Assembly (NCBI GenBank): GCA_964634465.1
Contig: CAZWLY010000004.1
Span: 160,683-224,682 of the forward strand
Direction: 5' to 3'
DNA length: 64,000 nt
Source: an uncultured Thermodesulfobacteriota bacterium
GTDB taxonomy: Bacteria > Desulfobacterota > Desulfarculia > G963662305
Below are positions 57,602 through 64,000 of this stretch, one piece after another; position 1 is the stretch's first letter, and each line of letters opens with the position of its first letter. Both the position numbers and the translations under genes were made by a program. The notes under the pieces were generated by a model. The model was not told the origin of the DNA, did not search any database, and saw only the letters and a program-made list of their open reading frames with translations.

Positions 57602-58222
57602 ATGCTTTTCGACCTGCACGTCCACTCGAACTACTCCCCCTGCGGTCGGGTCAGCCCCGAGGGAATCGTCGTTCAAGCCGCGCGAAGCGGTCTGGACGGG
57701 GTGGCCGTCACCGACCACGATTCGATGGCCGTCCGCCGCCGGCTCAGAGAGGGAGTCCAGCCCAACGGGCTGACCGTCGTCTTCGGGCTGGAGTATTCCA
57801 CCTCCCAGGGCGACTTCCTGGTTTTCGCCCTCCAAGCCGAAATACTGCCGCCGCTCCTGTCCGCGCCGGAGCTTTTGGCCAGGGTGCGCGACCTGGGCGG
57901 CGTGGCCGTGGCCGCCCATCCGTTCAGGCGGGTTCGACCGGCGGACGAGTCGATCCTGAAGCCGGGGTTGTGCCCCATCGTGGAGGGGGTCAACGGCCGG
58001 AACACGGCCGAGGAGAACGAGGCCGCCTATGCTTTGGCCGAGCGCCGCGGTCTGGCTCTCGTCGGCGGCAGCGACGGCCACACCCTCGACGAGATCGGCC
58101 GAGTCGCCACCCGATTCGAAGAGCCGATCCGCTCCCGCTTGGATCTCATCGCCGCCCTCAAGAGCGGCCGTTTCAGGCCCGAAGTGCTGGAAACGGCGAG
58201 CCAAACCGGCTTGGCCGCCTGA
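57602..58222 (+). CDS. PHP-domain metal-dependent phosphoesterase
   Basis: MLFDLHVHSNYSPCGRVSPEGIV...GVAVTDHDS is the PHP motif I/II pattern. Confidence 0.7.
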   Translation: MLFDLHVHSNYSPCGRVSPEGIVVQAARSGLDGVAVTDHDSMAVRRRLREGVQPNGLTVVFGLEYSTSQGDFLVFALQAEILPPLLSAPELLARVRDLGGVAVAAHPFRRVRPADESILKPGLCPIVEGVNGRNTAEENEAAYALAERRGLALVGGSDGHTLDEIGRVATRFEEPIRSRLDLIAALKSGRFRPEVLETASQTGLAA

Positions 58223-58328
58223 CGAAATCGGGGGAGCCCTTCTCAAAGGAAAGCCTCCCCCCGCGGTCTCGAAAAAGCTTTTCCGGGTTAGATGCCCCGC
58301 CTCGATTACCCGGCCGGAACCGCTTCTC

Positions 58329-58784
58329 TTACTCTTGGTCCAGGACTACGATCTCGTCCCCGGGCCTGACCGTCCCGCCGGCAAGAACCTTGACGAAGAT
58401 CCCCTCCCGGGGCATGACGCAATCCCCGACCTGGACCCTGATGGCGCAGCCGTGGTGACACTCCTTGCCGATCTGGGTCACCTCGCACAGCGCCTCGGGG
58501 CCGATCCTGAGCCTCGTTCCAACCGGCAAGGTCCAGACATCCAGGTTCCTGGTGGTGATGTTCTCGGCAAAGTCGCCGGCTTTGACTTCCACCCCGGCCG
58601 CCCTCATCTTGTCGATGGATTCCTGGGCCAGCAGGCTGACCTGCCGGTGCCACTCGCCGGCGTGGGCGTCGCCCTCCAGGCCGTGGTCGGGAATCAGGGT
58701 CGCCTGGGCGACGTTGGTCTTTTTGACGCCCTTGGTCTCGGAAACCGAGACGGCGACGACCACCGGCCGGTCGTTTGTCGTCAT
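58329..58784 (-). CDS. MOSC-domain protein
   Basis: MTTNDRPVVVAVSVSETKGVKK...ENITTRNLDVWTLPVGTRLRIGPEALCEVTQIGKECHHGC contains the MOSC beta-barrel with a conserved Cys. ATG at 58784 is preferred over the longer track ORF. Confidence 0.6.
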   Translation of the reverse strand: MTTNDRPVVVAVSVSETKGVKKTNVAQATLIPDHGLEGDAHAGEWHRQVSLLAQESIDKMRAAGVEVKAGDFAENITTRNLDVWTLPVGTRLRIGPEALCEVTQIGKECHHGCAIRVQVGDCVMPREGIFVKVLAGGTVRPGDEIVVLDQE

Positions 58785-58957
58785 GCCTTCACCTCGCTTC
58801 GGGGCCGAATCGGCCCGATCTGAACCTCTCGCCGTCAACGGCGCTTCAGACTCGATTAGTACCATATCCGGGCGGTTCGGGCAAAGGCGGCCGTCTATTT
58901 TGAGAGGCGTTTTTCCTTGCCGGATACGGCGCTTTGGTGTAAAAAATCAAGACCCAG

Positions 58958-59033
58958 GGCGGCGTAGCCAAGTGGCTAAGGCAGCGGCCTGCAAAGCCGT
59001 TATTCACCGGTTCGAATCCGGTCGCCGCCTCCA
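58958..59033 (+). tRNA. tRNA-Cys (anticodon GCA), with encoded CCA
   Basis: GGCGGCG TA GCC AAGTGGCTAA GGC A GCGGC CUGCAAA GCCGU ... ACCGG TTCGAAT CCGGT CGCCGCC T CCA. 7-bp acceptor stem, T-loop TTCGAAT, anticodon loop CU-GCA-AA. Confidence 0.85.
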
Positions 59034-59042
59034 AAGAATCCA

Positions 59043-59076
59043 AAGACTTGGGCCCGTTCGGCTCAAGTCTTTTTTT
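59043..59076 (+). terminator. Rho-independent terminator after tRNA-Cys (possibly bidirectional, also closing feoB)
   Basis: AAGACTTGGGCC-cgttc-GGCTCAAGTCTT hairpin followed by TTTTTTT. Confidence 0.6.
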
Positions 59077-59118
59077 CTACCCCTTTCGCCGGCGGGTAGG
59101 CGCTCGAGAAACGCCGTA

Positions 59119-61251
59119 TCAGCCCAATCCCAGCACCCGGCCGCCTTGGTAGACGATCAGGGCCAGCAGATAGGCGAAGGCGGTGTTGTAGATCACTGAA
59201 AAGAGCGCCCACTTGGCCCCGGCCTCCTTGCGGATGACGGCCAAGGTGACGAAGCAGGGCGCGTAGACCATGACGAACAGCAGGAGGGCAAAGGCTTTCA
59301 GCGGCGTCCAGCCCGGCTCGGCGGCCAGCCGCTGGCTCAACGAGGCCGTGTCGTCTTCGGCGACTTGGCCCATGGAGTAGGCCGTACCCAGGGTGGCCAC
59401 CACCACCTCCTTGGCCGCGAAACCGCCCACCAGGGCGACGTTGACCCGCCAGTCGAAACCCAGCGGCCGGGTGACGACGGTCAGCCCGCGGCCCAACCGG
59501 CCGGCGATGGAATTGGCCAGGCGCGCCTCGGCCTCCTCGCCGTCGATGGCGGCCAGCTCGCTCTGGGAAGCGCCGGCCCGCCGAGCCTCGAACTCGGCCC
59601 GCTTTTCGGCCGGCAGGCCGGGGAAGGTCATGATCGCCCACATCAGAATCGAGATGGCCAGGATGACCGTACCCGCTTTTCTGATATAGGCCCAGGTCCG
59701 CTCCCAGGTGTGGATCAGAAGGCCCTTCAAGGTCGGCAGCCGATAGGGCGGCAGCTCCATGACGAACGGGGTGGCCTCGCCCTTGAGCACGGTATGGCGG
59801 ATGATCCAGGCCGCACTCAGGGCCAGACTCCAGGCGATCAGGGTCAACAGGAAGAACATCGCCGCCTCGTATCTGGCGAAGAAGGCGGCGATGAGCACGG
59901 CGTAGACCGGCAGCTTGGCCCCGCAGTTCATGAACGGCACCACCAGGATCGTGGCCAGCCGCTCCTTGGGGTCGCGAAGCGTCCGGGCCCCCATCACGGC
60001 CGGCACGGCGCAGCCGCCGGCGATGCCGCCGCCGACGATCAACGACAGGACCGAGCCGCCATGCAACCCGAAGAGGCGCAGAATGCGGTCCATCATGAAG
60101 GCGATTCGGGCCATGTAGCCCGAGTCCTCCAGAATGGCGATGGCGAAGAACATGAAGGCGATCAAGGGGACGAAGCCCAGCACTCCCCCCACGCCGTCGA
60201 TGAGACCCGAGATCAGCATCGATTTGACCGGCCCCTCGGGCAAGAGGGCGTCGAAGGAATCGCCCAGCCAGGCGAAGAAGGCCCCGAACCAGGCCACCGG
60301 CGTTTCAGAGGCGGTGAAGGTGAACTGGTAGATGGCGTAGAGCACGGCCAGGAGGATCAAGGGTCCGGCCAGGCGGTTCAAGAGAACCTTGTCGATCTTG
60401 TCCGAGGCGTGGATTCGCTTGTCGGTCTTGGTGCTGACCGCCTTTTTGGCCACCGTGGCGATGAAGCCGTAGCGGTAGTCGGCGATCAGGCCCTCCGGCG
60501 TCTCGTCCAGGGTCTGGTCCAGGTGGCGGACCGCCTCGTCGGCCGCCTTGAGGAGCTTCAAACCCAATTCGCCGGCTTCGCGGTGGACCACCTCGGTCAC
60601 CTGGCTGTCGCCCTCGAGAATCTTGAGGGCCAGCCAGCGGGGCGGGTAGAGGTCGGTTCGCCAGCCCTCCGCCTCGATCCAGTCGACCATCTCCTTGAGT
60701 TTGGCGTCCAGGTCGCGACCGTAGGACAACACCGCCGGCTGCCATGTCCGTCGCCGCTCGGCCAGATCGATCGCCGCGTCCAACAGCTCGTCCATGCCCT
60801 TGCCGGAACGGGCTACGGTGGCCACCACCGGCGTGCCCAGGGCTTCGCTCAGGGCCTGGACGTCGATCTTAAGACCCCGCGCCTCGGCCACGTCGATCAT
60901 GTTGAGCGCGATCAACACCGGCACGCCCAACTCCATGAACTGGACGGCCAGGTAGAGGTTGCGCTCCAGGTTGGCCGCATCGACGACGTCGATGACCAGA
61001 TCGGGCCGCTGGTTGATCAAATAGTCGCGGGCGACGCGCTCTTCCAAGGAGTAGGCGGTCAGGGAATAGGCGCCGGGCAGGTCGACGACCTCTATCTCGC
61101 GGCCGCGGTGGATCAGGCCGCCCCGCTTCTGCTCCACCGTCACCCCGGGGTAGTTGCCGACGTGCTGCCGGGCGCCGGTGAGTTGATTGAACAGCGATGT
61201 CTTGCCGGAATTGGGGTTGCCGGCCAGGGCGATGGTTATCTTCCGGGCCAC
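59119..61251 (-). CDS. feoB: Ferrous iron transport protein B
   Basis: N-terminal G-domain IALAGNPNSGKTSLFNQLTG (G1) and a multi-TM permease domain. 710 aa. Confidence 0.9.
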   Translation of the reverse strand: MARKITIALAGNPNSGKTSLFNQLTGARQHVGNYPGVTVEQKRGGLIHRGREIEVVDLPGAYSLTAYSLEERVARDYLINQRPDLVIDVVDAANLERNLYLAVQFMELGVPVLIALNMIDVAEARGLKIDVQALSEALGTPVVATVARSGKGMDELLDAAIDLAERRRTWQPAVLSYGRDLDAKLKEMVDWIEAEGWRTDLYPPRWLALKILEGDSQVTEVVHREAGELGLKLLKAADEAVRHLDQTLDETPEGLIADYRYGFIATVAKKAVSTKTDKRIHASDKIDKVLLNRLAGPLILLAVLYAIYQFTFTASETPVAWFGAFFAWLGDSFDALLPEGPVKSMLISGLIDGVGGVLGFVPLIAFMFFAIAILEDSGYMARIAFMMDRILRLFGLHGGSVLSLIVGGGIAGGCAVPAVMGARTLRDPKERLATILVVPFMNCGAKLPVYAVLIAAFFARYEAAMFFLLTLIAWSLALSAAWIIRHTVLKGEATPFVMELPPYRLPTLKGLLIHTWERTWAYIRKAGTVILAISILMWAIMTFPGLPAEKRAEFEARRAGASQSELAAIDGEEAEARLANSIAGRLGRGLTVVTRPLGFDWRVNVALVGGFAAKEVVVATLGTAYSMGQVAEDDTASLSQRLAAEPGWTPLKAFALLLFVMVYAPCFVTLAVIRKEAGAKWALFSVIYNTAFAYLLALIVYQGGRVLGLG

Positions 61252-61254
61252 CGA

Positions 61255-61494
61255 TCAGTCCTCCAGTTCGACCTCTATCCAGTCGGCCTCGTTGTTGCGA
61301 AGAGTTAGGTTGTAACCCCGAAGCTTCAGATTGACCGGGTCATAGAGCGGCGCTCGACCGTGGATCTCGATCGGCGTCCCGGCCACCAGACCCATGTCCC
61401 GGATGCGCCGGTTCATCTCGCCCTTGGCCCGAATTTTGACGATGACGCCTCTACCACCGACGGCCATCTGTCTGAGGGGTACAACACGACCCAC
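61255..61494 (-). CDS. feoA: Ferrous iron transport protein A
   Basis: 79-aa SH3-like FeoA sequence: PLRQMAVGGRGVIVKIRAKGEMNRRIRDMGLVAGTPIEI. Confidence 0.75.
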   Translation of the reverse strand: MGRVVPLRQMAVGGRGVIVKIRAKGEMNRRIRDMGLVAGTPIEIHGRAPLYDPVNLKLRGYNLTLRNNEADWIEVELED

Positions 61495-61648
61495 TTTTCA
61501 CCTCCGGCGAGCACTTGGAATCCTGAACCGCGACCGGGCCCGAGCAGCCGCAACCCGCATCTTGGGCCTTGACCTGACGGGCGAAGCGCCTGACGATGAA
61601 CACTCCGGCCAGGGCCACGATTGAAATGACGATGATGGTCTGCCACAT
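61451..61648 (-). CDS. FeoB-associated Cys-rich small membrane protein
   Basis: MWQTIIVISIVALAGVFIVRRFARQVKAQDAGCGCSGP is a single TM helix plus a GCGCSG motif typical of this family. ATG at 61648 with a GAGGGAAAGGGG Shine-Dalgarno. The 3' end overlaps feoA in another frame. Confidence 0.5.
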   Translation of the reverse strand: MWQTIIVISIVALAGVFIVRRFARQVKAQDAGCGCSGPVAVQDSKCSPEVKSGSCCTPQTDGRRW

Positions 61649-61664
61649 CCCCTTTCCCTCTTTC

Positions 61665-61687
61665 TTATTGCAATTGATTCTCAATAA
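61665..61687. promoter_or_regulatory. AT-rich palindrome TTATTGCAATTGATTCTCAATAA, Fur-box-like operator candidate upstream of the feo operon
   Basis: TTATTG...CAATAA outer inverted repeat and an inner ATTGA-ttc-TCAAT, located 17..39 nt upstream of the first feo-operon start codon. 12/19 match to the Fur consensus GATAATGATAATCATTATC. Confidence 0.3.
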
Positions 61688-62386
61688 CAGCATACCCCGC
61701 CGTTGTCAACAGGCAAGCAAGAATTATTTTACCGGCTGGTCCGGAGGCTGACGAGAAGGCCATAAAAATAGTTAGCCAACTGATATAATGGATTAACGGG
61801 TGATCCGGCTTTCGATCGAGGTCTTGGACCGCCGCCCCCATTCAATCAACCCTGATGCGTATTTCCATTTCGGCCGGCAACCGCCGATAGATGGCGATGG
61901 GATCGGCGCTTCTCCGAACCGGCCGAGGCCGCATTTCCTGCTCAAAGTGAACGAAGATCGGGCTCGATTCTCCGGCCGGAGACAAGACGAGTGACGGCGG
62001 GCCGGAGACAAGGATTTAATCATCGAGAGGGAAGGGCGCTGGATCGCCGATTCCAAAAAGTGAGGAGTGACCGGGTGTTATGGTGTCTGTTCGAGGCCGG
62101 CAGGAGGGGACGGGACGAGGAAGGGCGAGGTGGTTGATTCGGCCGCGAGGATGATTAGCTTAAAAAAATGAGGAGATCGAGAACGCGTCGCCGTGTCGGG
62201 CGGCGGCGGGCGCGGATTACATCTTGGGCCCAGCCAAACCGGCTGAAATGAAATGAAGACGGAATCGAGGCCCTCATTTTGCGGACGAGCGAAGATTGGG
62301 AAGCGAGAGGCTGGAGCCCCCCAGACCGCGGCCTGAAGGCGCTGACGACCGTTGATCGGGCCGGGGATTTGTCGAAGGAGGACGCT

Positions 62387-64000
62387 ATGTTCAAGAACAT
62401 GACCGTGGGGATCAGGATCGCCCTTGGTTTCGGGTTGTTGATCCTCATCGCCATGGCCCTGGGCGGGGTGGCCTTCTGGCACATGGAGCACGTGGCCGTC
62501 GAATCGACCCAGGTGGCCCAGGATTACGTGCCCCAGGTCAAGACCTTCACCGAAATAGAATCCAACTCCCTCCAGGCCATGTCCAGCATGCGCGCCTTCA
62601 TCCTCAGCGCGGACGAGGCCCACCGCAACCAGGGACTGAAAGCCATCGAAAACGTCAAGAAACTCTTCCAGCAGGCCAAAGACCTGGCCCAGCGCTCCCA
62701 GGCCCTGAGTCGACTCCGGGGCCAGATCGACCAGGCGGTGGCCAAACTGGCCCAGTACGAAGCCGCCGTTGAGAAAACCAGTCAGTTGAACCAATCAATA
62801 ACCCAGGCCCGCCTGGCTCTCGATCGGGCCGGAAAGAACTTCATCAAGGCCTGCAACGACTACCTCGACGGGCAGAACCGAGCCCTCGACCAAGAGGTGA
62901 AGAGCGGAGCCGGACAGGAGGCGCTTCTCCAGAGAATAAAAAAGATCGATCTGGTCAAAAAAATCCTGGTCGAGGGCGGCATCCTCCAGGTGGACGCCCT
63001 CAAAAGCCAGATCATGCGCGACCCAAAACTGCTTGAGGAAACGCTCAAGGGCTTCGAGAACATCGCCAGACTGGCCGCCGAGATCAAGGCCGTCACCTCC
63101 GACAGCCAGCACCTCCAGCAGGTGACCAAAATACAGACCAGCGCCCAAACCTACCGGGCCGCCATGGACAAGCTCCGCCAGGACTGGGTCGAGACCCAGA
63201 AGGTCGAACAGGAGCAACAGAAAATCGCCGCCGACATCCTGGCCGCCGCCAGAAACAACGCCGCCGACGGGCTCAACCAGGCCCAGACCATCGCCGCCAA
63301 GGCCGAAGAGATGCTCGGAACCGCCTCCACGGTCATGATCATCGGCCTGGCCGCAGCCCTCGTCCTCGGCGTCGTCCTGGCCGTCGTCATCACCCGCAGC
63401 GTCACCAAACCCCTCAATCGGGTCATCGACTCCCTCAACGCCGGCTCCGACCAGGTCGCCGCCGCTTCCAGCCAGGTCTCCGCTTCCAGCCAGTCCCTGG
63501 CCGAAGGCGCTTCCGAACAGGCCGCCGCCGTCGAGCAGACTTCCGCCTCCCTCGAACAGCTAAACGCCATGACCCGATCCAACGCCGACAACGCTCAGCA
63601 GGCCGACGCCTTGACCAAGGACGCCGATCGGTTGATGACCGAGGCCGGGCAGGCCATGAACGAGATGGCCGCCTCCATGGAGCAAATCGCCGAGGCGGGC
63701 CAGGAGATATCCAAAATCGTCAAGTCGATCGACGAGATCGCCTTCCAGACCAATTTGCTGGCCCTCAACGCCGCCGTGGAGGCGGCCCGGGCCGGCGAGG
63801 CGGGCATGGGCTTCGCCGTCGTCGCCGACGAGGTCCGCGCCCTGGCCCAACGCGCCGCCGAGGCGGCCAAGAACACCGCCCAGCTCATCGAGGGTTCGGT
63901 GGGCAACATCAACCGGGGCGCCGAACTGGTAGAGAGGACCCAAGAGGCCTTCGAGACGGTGGTCCATCACAACCGCAAGGTGGGTACGCTGGTGGATGAG
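62387..64000 (+). CDS. Methyl-accepting chemotaxis protein (4-helix sensor, HAMP, MCP domain); 3' end truncated by the window
   Basis: ATG at 62387 with a GAAGGAGG Shine-Dalgarno. [27 protein letters not shown]...[40 protein letters not shown]. Not in the ORF track because it is open at the window end. Confidence 0.85.
   Translation, partial: MFKNMTVGIRIALGFGLLILIAMALGGVAFWHMEHVAVESTQVAQDYVPQVKTFTEIESNSLQAMSSMRAFILSADEAHRNQGLKAIENVKKLFQQAKDLAQRSQALSRLRGQIDQAVAKLAQYEAAVEKTSQLNQSITQARLALDRAGKNFIKACNDYLDGQNRALDQEVKSGAGQEALLQRIKKIDLVKKILVEGGILQVDALKSQIMRDPKLLEETLKGFENIARLAAEIKAVTSDSQHLQQVTKIQTSAQTYRAAMDKLRQDWVETQKVEQEQQKIAADILAAARNNAADGLNQAQTIAAKAEEMLGTASTVMIIGLAAALVLGVVLAVVITRSVTKPLNRVIDSLNAGSDQVAAASSQVSASSQSLAEGASEQAAAVEQTSASLEQLNAMTRSNADNAQQADALTKDADRLMTEAGQAMNEMAASMEQIAEAGQEISKIVKSIDEIAFQTNLLALNAAVEAARAGEAGMGFAVVADEVRALAQRAAEAAKNTAQLIEGSVGNINRGAELVERTQEAFETVVHHNRKVGTLVDE

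Noticed and set aside
58846-59043. 65-aa minus-strand ORF
   Set aside because: Overlaps the tRNA-Cys gene and its terminator.
1-64000. CRISPR arrays, insertion sequences, integrases, rRNA
   Set aside because: I found no regularly spaced short repeats, no transposase or integrase-like ORFs, and no rRNA-like segments. The only repeats are the local duplications reported above.

Overview
High-GC (~65%) bacterial chromosomal window, densely coding, with no mobile elements, CRISPR arrays or rRNA genes. DsrMK-type heterodisulfide-reductase-like genes, a selenocysteine-containing selD, feoAB and a short-chain acyl-CoA beta-oxidation cluster suggest an anaerobic sulfur/sulfate-metabolising organism; this is inference only.

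Content by position (window coordinates):
- 1..1666: a partial dsrK/hdrD-like gene and a dsrM/hdrE-like gene on the minus strand. The dsrK gene was missed by the ORF track because it runs off the window edge.
- 1921..7104: an orphan response regulator, nudC, a TPR lipoprotein, an MFS (GPH family) symporter, and a PilZ gene paired with a DnaB-C-like ATPase.
- 7946..19338: a glycogen/alpha-glucan cluster (GT3-like glycogen synthase, amylo-1,6-glucosidase, archaeal-type glycogen synthase, GH57, GT35 phosphorylase), interrupted by a LysR regulator and selD. selD carries an in-frame UGA (Sec) that the ORF track does not read through.
- 20080..26286: a cheW-MCP-hybrid histidine kinase operon plus an orphan receiver, flanked by AT-rich segments.
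- 28009..32570: a GldA/F/G-like ABC transporter set with a DUF4340 gene.
- 32658..36735: rpoZ, dnaJ, moaC, dksA and a WbaP-like priming glycosyltransferase bracketed by coding-like direct repeats.
- 37115..42181: a class III aminotransferase, a HisKA-only protein, alr, pmbA/tldD-like and a GNAT acetyltransferase.
- 42378..49194: a butyryl-CoA-type beta-oxidation cluster with tandem thiolases and a duplicated (XRE-cupin regulator + acyl-CoA dehydrogenase) module.
- 49510..64000: a 561-aa protein with no recognisable domain, corC, hisI-hisG-aminotransferase, an M48 peptidase, PHP and MOSC proteins, tRNA-Cys with a terminator, a Fur-box-preceded feo operon, and a second, paralogous MCP truncated at the window end.

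Many long ORFs in the six-frame track are antisense or alternate-frame artifacts of the GC-rich sequence and were rejected. Candidates for novelty:
- the PilZ / DnaB-C-like ATPase pair;
- the coding-like repeats flanking the WbaP-like gene;
- the 561-aa orphan protein;
- the 40-bp duplicated 3' end of the GH57 gene;
- the Sec-recoded selD.
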